Below, piece by piece: positions 56,027 through 64,000 of a DNA stretch of 64,000 bases. This DNA comes from Burkholderiales bacterium (GTDB taxonomy: Bacteria > Pseudomonadota > Gammaproteobacteria > Burkholderiales > SG8-39), in contig JAHDYJ010000002.1 of NCBI GenBank assembly GCA_023383795.1, forward strand, positions 64,740-128,739. The letters run 5' to 3'. Position numbers and translations under genes: made by a program. Every line of letters starts with the position of its first letter. Position 1 is the first letter of the stretch. The notes below the pieces were generated by a model that worked only from the letters and a program-made list of their open reading frames with translations, was not told where the DNA came from and did no database searches.

Positions 56027-57517
56027 TTAGTCCGCAGCCGCCCCGACTTGCCAAAGCGGCTGCGCAGGAGTAGATTGCTGCATTGCAGCACGCGTGCGCG
56101 CCGCGTCCGCGCACGCCGCCCGCCGCCCCGCATTTTCGTCCGAGAGAGGCCCGTCATGACCGAACCCACCAAGGACATGGCCGCCTGGAACCAGGCCGCC
56201 GTCGAGGCTGCTATGAGCTACGCGCGCACCAGCCTCGCCACCGCCGAACAGCTGCTCAAGCTGAATCTCGAGGCCGCGCGCGCCGCGCTGGAGCAGAACA
56301 GCAAGGCCGCGCGCGAGCTGCTCGCCGCCGACGATCCGGCGCAGCTGATGGCGCTGCGCGGCAAGCTCGCGCAGACGAGCGTGCAGCACGCCGCGACCTA
56401 CGCGAGCAGCGTCTACGAGGTGGTCGCCGGCACGCAGGCGCAGCTCGCGCAGATGTTCGAGCAGAGCGTCGCGCGCGTGTCGCAGGACATCGCCGAGTCC
56501 GCCGAGCGCATGGGGCGGACGGCGCCGGGCGGCGAGCTCTCCGTCGCGGCGATCAAGTCCACCCTGAACGCGACCGCGGCGGTGATGGACAGCCTGAACC
56601 AGGCGACGCGGCAGTTCGCCCAGCTCTCCGAAGCCGCGATGAAGACCGCCGCCGAGCAGATGGTCCGCAGCACGGGGAAGAAGTAGCCTCATCGATCTCG
56701 CCTCGTCGATCTCCAGTCGCCGCCCCGGGGCACGCCGTCGCGGGGGGCGTTCGCGTCGCGCGCCGCGCGGCGCGCCGTACAAGTGCTGCCCGCCGGTGAT
56801 GGCGATGTTCGCGCCGGGCACGAACGCCGCCACCACCGAGCACAGGTAGATGATCAGGCCGGCGACCTCCTCGGGCTTGCCGAGCCGGCCGACCGGGATC
56901 TGCGGGATGATCTTCGTCTCCAGGATGTCCTTCGGGATCGCCGTCACCATCTTGGTGCCGATGTAGCCGGGCGAGATCGTGTTCACGGTCACGCCCTTGC
57001 GCGCCACCTCGAGCGCGAGCGCCTTGGTGAAGCCGTGCATGCCCGCCTTGGCGGCCGAGTAGTTGGTCTGGCCGAACGCGCCTTTCTGGCCGTTCACCGA
57101 CGAGACGTTGATGATGCGGCCCCAGCCGCGCTCGACCATGCCGTCGCACACCGGCTTGGTCATGTTGAAGACGCTGTCCAGGTTGGTCTTCATGACCGCG
57201 TCCCAGTCCGGCTTGCCCATCTTCTTGAAGGTCATATCGCGGGTGATCCCGGCGTTGTTGACCAGGATGTCGACCGGCCCCACCTCGCCCTGCACCCGCA
57301 CGACGCACTGCTGGCACGACTCGAAATCCGAGACGTCGACCGGAACGGGGTGGAAGTCGTAGCCGCGCGACTTCATCTCGGCGTTCCACCCGGCCGCGTT
57401 CTTGTTGCCCGGCGAGTGCGTCACCACGACGCGGAACCCGGCGTCGTGCATCTTGGTGCTGATGGTCTCGCCAAGGCCACCCATGCCGCCCGTGATCAGG
57501 GCCACTCTCTGCGCCAT
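56027..57517 (-). CDS. phaB: Acetoacetyl-CoA reductase paralog 1 with no stop codon at the conserved C-terminus
   Basis: The SDR core is intact (TGGMGGLG, NNAG, S...YSAAK). Homology ends at ...ITGGQHLY (about 56778), but the frame stays open for a further 250 codons, antisense through phaP. The conserved core is 56778-57517. Confidence 0.6.
   Translation of the reverse strand: MAQRVALITGGMGGLGETISTKMHDAGFRVVVTHSPGNKNAAGWNAEMKSRGYDFHPVPVDVSDFESCQQCVVRVQGEVGPVDILVNNAGITRDMTFKKMGKPDWDAVMKTNLDSVFNMTKPVCDGMVERGWGRIINVSSVNGQKGAFGQTNYSAAKAGMHGFTKALALEVARKGVTVNTISPGYIGTKMVTAIPKDILETKIIPQIPVGRLGKPEEVAGLIIYLCSVVAAFVPGANIAITGGQHLYGAPRGARRERPPRRRAPGRRLEIDEARSMRLLLPRAADHLLGGGLHRGFGELGELPRRLVQAVHHRRGRVQGGLDRRDGELAARRRPPHALGGLGDVLRHARDALLEHLRELRLRAGDHLVDAARVGRGVLHARLRELAAQRHQLRRIVGGEQLARGLAVLLQRGARGLEIQLEQLFGGGEAGARVAHSSLDGGLVPGGHVLGGFGHDGPLSDENAGRRAACADAARTRAAMQQSTPAQPLWQVGAAAD
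56048..56090 (+). promoter_or_regulatory. Putative phaP promoter with overlapping TGC-rich palindromes (candidate PhaR operators)
   Basis: TTGCCA (56048-56053), a 17-nt spacer, then TAGATT (56071-56076). CTGCGCAG palindrome at 56060-56067 and TGCTGCA-T-TGCAGCA at 56076-56090. Confidence 0.45.
56156..56686 (+). CDS. phaP: Phasin (PHA granule-associated protein)
   Basis: 176-aa Ala/Gln/Glu-rich helical protein (AAWNQAAVEAAMSYARTSLATAEQLLKLNLEAARAALEQ), divergent from phaR. Confidence 0.85.
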   Translation: MTEPTKDMAAWNQAAVEAAMSYARTSLATAEQLLKLNLEAARAALEQNSKAARELLAADDPAQLMALRGKLAQTSVQHAATYASSVYEVVAGTQAQLAQMFEQSVARVSQDIAESAERMGRTAPGGELSVAAIKSTLNATAAVMDSLNQATRQFAQLSEAAMKTAAEQMVRSTGKK

Positions 57518-57635
57518 CGTCTCCTCCTTGCTGCCCTATACAGCCCGCCGGCGCTGCCGGCGCGCCGAAACCGTCACGTTGTAGCGTGTCATTATGGCAC
57601 GCCTCGGCAACGTCGCCGGCGCCGCGATCGCCGCG

Positions 57636-58376
57636 TCACTCCATGTGCAGGCCGCCGTTGATCGAGATGTTGGCGCCGGTGATGTAGCCCGCCTCGTCCG
57701 AGCACAGGTAGGCGATCAGCCCGGCGATCTCCTCCGGCTCCGCGAGCCGGCCCATCGGGATCGCGGCGATGATGTTCTGCAGGATCTCCGGCTTGATCGC
57801 GCGCACCATGTCGGTGTTGACGTAGCCCGGCGAGAGCGTGTTCACGGTCACGCCCTTCTTCACGACCTCCTGCGCGAGCGCCTTGGAGAAGCCGTGCATG
57901 CCGGCCTTGGCGGCCGAGTAGTTCGTCTGGCCGAACTGGCCCTTGAGCGCGTTCACCGACGAGATGTTGACGATCCGGCCCCAGCCGCGCTCCATCATGC
58001 CGTCGACGACCTGGCGGGTGACGTTGAACACCGAGTTCAGGTTGGTGTTGATCACCGAGTACCAGTCGGAGGGAGTCATGCGCCGGAACACGCCGTCGCG
58101 CGTGATGCCGGCGTTGTTCACCAGGATGTCGATCGGCCCGACCGCCGAGCGGACGTTGTAGAACATCTCGGCGCAGGAGTCGTAGTCCTCGACGTTGCCC
58201 TCCGCGGCATAGACCGCGAAGCCCTGGTTGCGCATCTCGTGCAGCCACTCGTCCTTCTTCTCGTAGCCCGGCAGGCAGTTGGCGATCACCTTGCGTCCAT
58301 CGCGCGCGAGCCGCTTGCAGATCGCGGTCCCGATGCCGCCCATGCCGCCCGAAACGAAAGCGACCCTTACAGTCAT
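57636..58376 (-). CDS. phaB: Acetoacetyl-CoA reductase paralog 2
   Basis: 246 aa from MTVRVAFVSGGMGGIG, ending INGGLHME-stop. GGAAGGAAG sits upstream. Confidence 0.9.
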   Translation of the reverse strand: MTVRVAFVSGGMGGIGTAICKRLARDGRKVIANCLPGYEKKDEWLHEMRNQGFAVYAAEGNVEDYDSCAEMFYNVRSAVGPIDILVNNAGITRDGVFRRMTPSDWYSVINTNLNSVFNVTRQVVDGMMERGWGRIVNISSVNALKGQFGQTNYSAAKAGMHGFSKALAQEVVKKGVTVNTLSPGYVNTDMVRAIKPEILQNIIAAIPMGRLAEPEEIAGLIAYLCSDEAGYITGANISINGGLHME

Positions 58377-58430
58377 GCGCAGCTTCCTTCCCCGTGCTCC
58401 ATCGACCCGGGCCGGCCGCCGCGGGGGCAT

Positions 58431-58454
58431 CGCGAGGGCACCCGGACCCTCGCG
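58431..58454 (-). terminator. Hairpin between phaA and phaB paralog 2
   Basis: CGCGAGGG-cacccgga-CCCTCGCG, an 8-bp stem with no U-tract. Confidence 0.3.
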
Positions 58455-58500
58455 CATGCCCGCCCGCCGCGGCGAACGGCTTCCGCGCCTTGTTCTTCGA

Positions 58501-59679
58501 TCAGCGCTCGACCGCGAGCGCGACGCCCATGCCGCCGCCGATGCAGAGCGACGCGAGGCCCTTGCGGGCGTTGCGGCGGCCCATCTCGTGCAGCAGCGTC
58601 ACCAGGATCCGGCAGCCCGACGCCCCGATCGGGTGCCCGATCGCGATCGCGCCGCCGTTGACATTGATCTTCGCGGTGTCCCAGCCCATCTCCTTGTTGA
58701 CCGCGCAGGCCTGCGCCGCGAACGCCTCGTTGATCTCCATGAGTTCCAGGTCGTCCTTCGTCCAGCCCGCCTTCGACAGGCAGAGCTTCGACGCGGGCAC
58801 CGGTCCCATGCCCATGATCTTCGGGTCGACGCCCGCCGACGAGTAGGCGCGGACGCGCGCAAGCGGCTTGAGGCCGAGCGCCTCGGCCTTCCTCGCCGAC
58901 ATCATCACCACCGCCGCGGCGCCGTCGTTGATGCCGGAGGCGTTGCCGGCGGTGACGGTGCCCTGCTTGTCGAACGCCGGCCTGAGCGCGGCGAGCGTCT
59001 CGATCGTGGTGCCGTGCTTCGGGTACTCGTCGGCGTCGAACACGACCGGCGCGCCCTTCTTCTGCGGGATCTCGAGCGGCACGATCTCGTCGGCGAAGCG
59101 CCCGGCCTTCTGCGCCTCCTCCGCCTTGCGCTGCGACTCGAACGCGAAGCGGTCCTGGTCCTCGCGCGTGACGCCGTACTTCTTGGCGACGTTCTCCGCG
59201 GTGACGCCCATGTGATACTGGTTGTAGACGTCCCACAGGCCGTCGACGATCATCGAGTCCTGCAGCTTCGCGTCGCCCATTCGGAACCCGCCGCGCGAGC
59301 CCATCATCACGTGCGGCGCCTGGCTCATGCTCTCCTGGCCGCCGGCGATCACGATCTCGGCGTCGCCCGCCTTGATCGCCTGCGCGGCGAGATGGGTCGC
59401 CTTCAGGCCCGATCCGCACACCTTGTTGATGGTCATCGCCGGCACCATGTCGGGCAGCCCGGCCTTCAGCGCCGCCTGCCGCGCCGGGTTCTGGCCGACC
59501 CCCGCCGTCAGCACCTGGCCCAGGATCACCTCCGACACCTGGTCCGGCGCGATCCGGGTCTTCGCCAGCAGCGCGCGGATGACGTGCGCGCCGAGGTCCG
59601 CCGCCGGGAACTTCACCAGCGCGCCGTTGAAGCTGCCGACCGCGGTGCGCGCCGCGGCCACGATCACGACATCAGTCAT
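58501..59679 (-). CDS. phaA: Acetyl-CoA acetyltransferase PhaA
   Basis: 392 aa with [28 protein letters not shown] and CIGGGMG. Confidence 0.92.
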   Translation of the reverse strand: MTDVVIVAAARTAVGSFNGALVKFPAADLGAHVIRALLAKTRIAPDQVSEVILGQVLTAGVGQNPARQAALKAGLPDMVPAMTINKVCGSGLKATHLAAQAIKAGDAEIVIAGGQESMSQAPHVMMGSRGGFRMGDAKLQDSMIVDGLWDVYNQYHMGVTAENVAKKYGVTREDQDRFAFESQRKAEEAQKAGRFADEIVPLEIPQKKGAPVVFDADEYPKHGTTIETLAALRPAFDKQGTVTAGNASGINDGAAAVVMMSARKAEALGLKPLARVRAYSSAGVDPKIMGMGPVPASKLCLSKAGWTKDDLELMEINEAFAAQACAVNKEMGWDTAKINVNGGAIAIGHPIGASGCRILVTLLHEMGRRNARKGLASLCIGGGMGVALAVER

Positions 59680-59720
59680 TCGGTGCCTCCTTCACGATTG
59701 CAGGCCGCCCGGCCCGCTGT

Positions 59721-61469
59721 TCAAACGACCCGGTGCTGCACGTAGCGCCCGGGGGCGTCCTCGATGCGCCGGTACCTGCCGCCGCCCAGGCGCTTCGGCG
59801 CCGGGGTCTCGCCGCCCGCGAACTGCGCGAGCCACGCGTCCCAGTCGCGCCACCAGCTGCCGTTCACCTCGCGCGCGCCGGCGAGCCAGGCGTCGGGCGA
59901 GTCGGTCAGGAACTCGCCCGTCCAGTAGCTGCGCCGGTTCTTCGACGCCGGGTTGACCACGCCGGCGATGTGTCCGCTCGCGCCGAGCACGAAGCGCTTG
60001 CGGCCCCCGAGCAGCCGGGTCGCCGCATAGCCCGACGTCCACGGCACGATGTGATCCTCGCGGGTCGCGAGGATGTAGGCCGGCATCCGCAGGCGCCCGA
60101 GGTCCACCGGCTCGCCGCACACGGTGAGCGCGCCCGGATCGCGCAGCCGGTTCTCGAGGTACATGTTGCGCACGTACCAGCAGTACCACGGCCCCGGAAG
60201 GTTGGTCGAGTCGGCGTTCCAGTACAGGATGTCGAACGGCTCGGGCGAGCGCCCCTTGAGGTAGTTGTTCACCACGTACGACCACACGAGGTCGTTCGCG
60301 CGCAGCATCGAGAAGACGAACGCGAGATTGCGCCCTTCCATGATCCCGCCGCGGCCGATCTCGGCCTCCTTCGCCGCCACGCTCGCCTCGTCGACGAGCA
60401 GCCCGATCTCGCCGGTGTCGGCGAAGTCGAGCAGCGTCGCGAGCAGCGTGAGGCTCTCGACCCAGTCCTCGCCGCGCGCGGCGAGCACCGCGAGCGCCGA
60501 GGCGAGCAGCGTTCCGCCGACGCAGAAGCCGAGCGCGTTGACCCGGTCGGCCTGCGCGACGCCGCGCGCGACCGCGAGCGCCTCGATCACGCCGTCGCGC
60601 ACGTAGTCGTCCCAGGTCAGGTGCCCGAGCTCGGCGGTCGGGTTGCGCCAGGACACCATGAACACCGTGCTGCCCTGCGCCACCGCGTGGCGGACGAACG
60701 AGTTCTCAGGGGCGAGGTCGAGCACGTAGAACTTGTTGATGCACGGCGGGATGATCACCAGCGGGCGGCGCCGCACCTTCGCGCCCGCCGGCGCGTACTG
60801 GATGATCTGCACGAGCTCGTTCTCGTGGATCACCGCCCCCGGCGTGACCGCGAGGTTCCGGCCGACGCCGAACGCGGCCTCCTCGGTGGTGGAGATGCGG
60901 CCGCGCGCGAAGTCGACGAAGAGGTTCTGCGCGCCGCGCGTGATCGTCCCGCCGTTCGTCTCCCGCGCGAGGCGCAGCACCTCGGGATTGGTCGCGGCGA
61001 AGTTGGCCGGGCTGGCGGCATCGACGAGCTGGCGCGCGAAGAACCGCAGCCGGCCCTTGGCGCGCGGCTCGATCTCGGCGGCCTCGACGAGCTCGGTGAC
61101 GAACTGCGCGTTCAGCAGGTAGCTCTGCTTGAGGAAGTCGTAGTAGGCATCCTCGCGCCATTCCGCGGCCGCGAAGCGCCGGTCGCCCGCCGCGGGCCGC
61201 GCGACCGGCTCGGCCGGCCGGCCGGCGCTCCGCGCGAAGGCCGCGCCCCACAGCGCGGCCGAGCGCTTGTGATGCGCGGCGTAGAGCTCGGTCGCCCGCG
61301 CCGAGCGCGTCGACCATTCCGCGAGCTGCCGGTAGGCGTCCGCGTCGACGCCGGTCGCATCGGCACCGCCCACGTTGGCGCCGCCGGCAAGCCACTGCAG
61401 CAGGCCGGCCACGGCCTCCGCTGCGGGGGGCGTGGCGGCACCGCTCGGCAGGTATCCTGAGGCGGGCAA
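59721..61469 (-). CDS. phaC: Class I poly(3-hydroxyalkanoate) synthase PhaC
   Basis: Lipase-box GFCVGG, plus PPCINKFYVLDL and YWNADSTNLPGPWYCWY. The start is uncertain. The in-frame TTG at 61469 gives a length collinear with known class I synthases. The first ATG (61568) lies upstream of a consensus-like promoter. Confidence 0.85.
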   Translation of the reverse strand: MPASGYLPSGAATPPAAEAVAGLLQWLAGGANVGGADATGVDADAYRQLAEWSTRSARATELYAAHHKRSAALWGAAFARSAGRPAEPVARPAAGDRRFAAAEWREDAYYDFLKQSYLLNAQFVTELVEAAEIEPRAKGRLRFFARQLVDAASPANFAATNPEVLRLARETNGGTITRGAQNLFVDFARGRISTTEEAAFGVGRNLAVTPGAVIHENELVQIIQYAPAGAKVRRRPLVIIPPCINKFYVLDLAPENSFVRHAVAQGSTVFMVSWRNPTAELGHLTWDDYVRDGVIEALAVARGVAQADRVNALGFCVGGTLLASALAVLAARGEDWVESLTLLATLLDFADTGEIGLLVDEASVAAKEAEIGRGGIMEGRNLAFVFSMLRANDLVWSYVVNNYLKGRSPEPFDILYWNADSTNLPGPWYCWYVRNMYLENRLRDPGALTVCGEPVDLGRLRMPAYILATREDHIVPWTSGYAATRLLGGRKRFVLGASGHIAGVVNPASKNRRSYWTGEFLTDSPDAWLAGAREVNGSWWRDWDAWLAQFAGGETPAPKRLGGGRYRRIEDAPGRYVQHRVV

Positions 61470-61511
61470 CTTTCCTTTCTGCAACAGCGGATTAACCCGG
61501 AGAATCGCGGC

Positions 61512-61540
61512 AGTATTGCACCGCACAAACAGCGTGTCAA
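61512..61540 (-). promoter_or_regulatory. Sigma-70-type promoter for phaC
   Basis: On the minus strand: TTGACA (61540-61535), a 17-nt spacer, then AATACT (61517-61512). Lies in a locally AT-richer stretch with atypical codon usage. Confidence 0.45.
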
Positions 61541-61641
61541 GAAAGCCAGCCGGGGCCGGGATTTCCATTGCGGATCAGAGGCTCACGCGGTCTGACCGGC
61601 GTGCCGCCCCTGCTAGAATCGGCGCACCGCCCCCGCCCCCG

Positions 61642-61869
61642 ATGCACATCGTCGCGATCGCCTGGCTCTTCGTCACCGTCCTGATGGCTGCCTCCGAGAC
61701 GAGCCTGACGGCGGCCATGCTGACCCTCTTCTTCTATGGCATCGCGCCGCTCGGTTTGTTCTGGTGGCTGGTCGGCACGCCGGCGCGCCGCGCTCGCCGC
61801 CGGCGCTCAGTGGCCGTGGGCGAGCTCTCCGGCGAGCCAGATCAGCAGCACGCCGAGCCCGATCAGTAG
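61642..61869 (+). CDS. Small two-TM membrane protein with Arg-rich tail (hypothetical)
   Basis: 75-aa ORF, MHIVAIAWLFVTVLMAAS...FFYGIAPLGLFWWLV...RRARRRR. TAGAAT lies 25 nt upstream. The 3' end overlaps the convergent ZIP gene by 63 nt. Confidence 0.4.
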   Translation: MHIVAIAWLFVTVLMAASETSLTAAMLTLFFYGIAPLGLFWWLVGTPARRARRRRSVAVGELSGEPDQQHAEPDQ

Positions 61870-62613
61870 CACCTGCTGCGCGGTCGCGCGCAGCTCGGTC
61901 CGCCGGTGCAGCGACGGGATGAGATCGGCGACGGCGACGTAGATCATGCTCGCGGCGGCGAGCGCGAGGAGCGTGTTGACCCAGCCCTGCAGCTGCTGGA
62001 GCGCGAAGTATCCGCCAAGCGCGCCGACGAACATCGCCAGGCTCGAGACGAGGTTCAGCACGAGCGCGCGCGCGCGCGAGAAACCCGAGTGCAGCAGGAT
62101 CAGGAAGTCGCCCACTTCCTGCGGGATCTCGTGCGCGATCACGGCGGTCGCGGTCACCACCCCCAGCGCGGGACTCTCGATGAACGCGGCGGCGATCAGC
62201 ACGCCGTCGACGAAGTTGTGGAAGCTGTCGCCGATCAGGATCAGCGTGCCCGAGCGGCCGTGGTCGTGGGCGCCGTGCGCGTGCGCGGCCGCGTGCCGGC
62301 CGGCGTCCGCCGCCGCTCCGGGCGGCTCCTCCTCGCCGATGTGGAAGTGGCGCCACAGCACCAGCTTCTCGAGCAGGAAGAAGGCGAGGATGCCGCCGAG
62401 CACGGTGGCGGCGACCACGCGGGCGTCCCGGGAGGTCTCGAGCGCGTGCGGCAGGATCTCGAGAAACGCCGCGCCGAGCAGCGCGCCGATCGCGAAGCTC
62501 ACCAGCGCGCCGATCCATCGCTGCGGCGTCGCGAACGAGAGCGCCGCGGCACACGCGATCGACAGCACGGCGCCGACGACGCTCGCCACGGTGATGTATC
62601 CGAGCGTGCTCAC
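61807..62613 (-). CDS. ZIP-family divalent metal transporter (ZupT-like)
   Basis: 268 aa with a His-rich loop (HAAAHAHGAHDHG), HNFVDG and HEIPQEVGDF motifs. Confidence 0.85.
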   Translation of the reverse strand: MSTLGYITVASVVGAVLSIACAAALSFATPQRWIGALVSFAIGALLGAAFLEILPHALETSRDARVVAATVLGGILAFFLLEKLVLWRHFHIGEEEPPGAAADAGRHAAAHAHGAHDHGRSGTLILIGDSFHNFVDGVLIAAAFIESPALGVVTATAVIAHEIPQEVGDFLILLHSGFSRARALVLNLVSSLAMFVGALGGYFALQQLQGWVNTLLALAAASMIYVAVADLIPSLHRRTELRATAQQVLLIGLGVLLIWLAGELAHGH

Positions 62614-62614
62614 G

Positions 62615-63355
62615 TCAATCGATCCAGATCACGGTCGCCATGCGCCCGGTCCCGCCGTCGCGCCGGTACGAGTAGAACCGGTCGCGCTCGGCGAAGGTGC
62701 ACCACCCGCCCCCGTGCACGGCGGTCACGCCGAGCCGCGCGAGCCGCAGCCGGGCGAGCGCGTACAGATCGGCGTGGTACTTGTCCGGGCGGCCGGCGCG
62801 GAACGCGCCGGCGGCTGCCGGGTCCTCGCTGACGAACGCGCTGCGGACGTCGCCGCCGACCTCGTAGGCCGCCTGGCCGATCGCGGGACCGAGCCATGCG
62901 AGCAGGCGCTCGCCGGCGACGCCCATGCGCGCGACCGCGGCCTCGAGCACGCCGGCCGCGAGACCGCGCCAGCCGGCGTGCACCGCCGCGACGGCCGCGC
63001 CGTCGCGCTCGGCGAGCAGCACGGGCAGGCAGTCCGCCGTGAGGACCGCGCAGGCGCGGTGGCGTGTGCGCGCGACTGCGGCGTCCGCCTGCACGAGCGC
63101 CGGGACGCTCTCCGCGTCGACTACGCCGGTGCCGTGCACCTGGTGCAGCCAGAGCGGGTCGAGACCGAGCACGCCGCGCAGCACCTCGCGGTTGCGCTCC
63201 ACCGCGGCCGGATCGTCGCCGACGCGCGTCGCCAGATTGAGCGAAGCGTAGGGGCCGCGGCTGCATCCGCCGGCGCGGATGGTCGAGAGCGCGCGCACGC
63301 GCGCCGGCGCCGGCCACTGCGGGACGATCCAGCCGTGCGGCGGCGCGAGGCTCAA
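62615..63355 (-). CDS. pgeF: Peptidoglycan editing factor PgeF / YfiH (laccase-domain protein)
   Basis: [15 protein letters not shown] and CT...FYSYRRDG motifs. The TTG start overlapping the rluD TGA (TTGA) is tentative. Confidence 0.8.
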   Translation of the reverse strand: MSLAPPHGWIVPQWPAPARVRALSTIRAGGCSRGPYASLNLATRVGDDPAAVERNREVLRGVLGLDPLWLHQVHGTGVVDAESVPALVQADAAVARTRHRACAVLTADCLPVLLAERDGAAVAAVHAGWRGLAAGVLEAAVARMGVAGERLLAWLGPAIGQAAYEVGGDVRSAFVSEDPAAAGAFRAGRPDKYHADLYALARLRLARLGVTAVHGGGWCTFAERDRFYSYRRDGGTGRMATVIWID

Positions 63356-64000
63356 CCGAGCGCGTCCAGGAGCGCGCGCAGATCGGCGGGCAGCGGCGAG
63401 GTCCAGCCGACCTCCGCGCGCGTCACCGGGTGCGTGAGCGCGAGCCGCGCCGCGTGCAGCGCTTGGCGCGGGAACGTCGCGAGCGCGGCCGGCGTGCCGG
63501 CCGCGCGCCGGCCGTACACCGGATCGCCGACGAGCGGATGCCCGATCGAATCCATGTGCACGCGGATCTGGTGCGTGCGTCCGGTCTCGAGGCGGCACTC
63601 GACGAGCGTCGCGCCGCGGAACCGGCGCAGCACCGCGTAGCGCGTGCGCGCGGGCTTGCCGCGGGCGGCGACCGCCATGCGGGTGCGCGCGACCGGATGA
63701 CGTCCGATCGGCGCGTCCACCGTGCCGCCGACGCGCAGCGCGCCGTGCACCAGCGCGAGGTACTCGCGGCGCACGCTGCGCGCGTGCAGCTGCCGCGCGA
63801 GATCGGTCTGCGCCGCCAGCGTCTTCGCGACCACCAGCAGGCCGCTCGTGTCCTTGTCCAGGCGGTGGACGATGCCGGCGCGCGGCAGCGCGGCGTTCCG
63901 CGGCGCGTGATGCAGGATCGCGTTCAGGAGCGTCCCGCGCCAGTTGCCGCTGCCCGGATGCACGACCAGCCCGGCGGGCTTGTCGATCACCAGGATCGCA
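63352..64000 (-). CDS. rluD: 23S rRNA pseudouridine synthase RluD, C-terminal part (5' end outside window)
   Basis: [28 protein letters not shown] and RTHQIRVH motifs. The frame is open to the window edge. Confidence 0.9.
   Translation of the reverse strand, partial: AILVIDKPAGLVVHPGSGNWRGTLLNAILHHAPRNAALPRAGIVHRLDKDTSGLLVVAKTLAAQTDLARQLHARSVRREYLALVHGALRVGGTVDAPIGRHPVARTRMAVAARGKPARTRYAVLRRFRGATLVECRLETGRTHQIRVHMDSIGHPLVGDPVYGRRAAGTPAALATFPRQALHAARLALTHPVTRAEVGWTSPLPADLRALLDALG

Noticed and set aside
1-64000. Mobile elements, prophage, defence systems, CRISPR arrays, tRNA or rRNA genes
   Set aside because: I saw no transposase, integrase, recombinase, restriction-modification, toxin-antitoxin or Cas-like proteins in any frame. 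There are no tandem spacer-repeat arrays. No intergenic region is long enough or structured like a tRNA. Composition is uniformly GC-rich apart from short regulatory stretches.

Overview
This is a very GC-rich, gene-dense chromosomal segment with about 68 protein-coding genes and very little non-coding DNA. The proteins resemble those of Betaproteobacteria (Burkholderiales/Rhodocyclales type). That taxonomic call rests only on remembered protein similarity, because no search could be run. I saw no rRNA, tRNA, CRISPR array, transposase, integrase or phage gene. The window looks like core metabolism rather than an accessory island.

Gene blocks, left to right:
1. End of an acyl-CoA ligase gene, then DUF190 and crcB.
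2. One long minus-strand string: tupBCA (tungstate ABC importer), a sigma-54 response regulator, a Cache/HAMP histidine kinase, mobB, moeA, moaD, moaE and crcB.
3. A divergent ModE-N-terminal/PBP regulator, mop, and a BtuCD/FecCD-type ABC importer whose binding-protein gene is frameshifted.
4. DUF1330, a DHDPS-like gene, a 3-hydroxyanthranilate dioxygenase and an extradiol dioxygenase.
5. A 15-kb minus-strand run: fumA, four-module 2-oxoacid:ferredoxin oxidoreductase genes, a GltD-like flavoprotein fused to ferredoxin, NAD-malic enzyme, nqrABCDEF, apbE and nqrM.
6. ubiE/menG, menA and sodC.
7. A periplasmic, Cys-type formate dehydrogenase operon. Upstream of it sit DUF3305, DUF3306, a 694-aa polyferredoxin, a TorD-like chaperone and a TAT mini-protein. 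Two small exported proteins are embedded in it.
8. A candidate Moco riboswitch, then moaA, fdhD, mobA, a second moeA and an HTH-PBP regulator.
9. EamA, marC (in-frame TAG), a multicopper oxidase, a thiolase and rimO.
10. A PHA locus: phaR, phaP, two phaB paralogs, phaA and phaC.
11. A ZIP transporter, pgeF and the end of rluD.

I found no clear-cut new system. The best candidates for undescribed biology are:
- the conserved DUF3305/DUF3306/polyferredoxin module and the small exported proteins attached to the formate dehydrogenase;
- the predicted NAD(P)H-linked 2-oxoacid oxidoreductase;
- the layered Mo/W sensing apparatus (two PBP-type regulators, a kinase/sigma-54 pair and a riboswitch);
- a mop-linked MolBC-A-like importer.

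Three gene-disrupting lesions (a frameshift, a nonsense codon and a missing stop codon) need checking against raw reads. All start codons were chosen by hand from the sequence. All family names come from motif recognition, not database searches.
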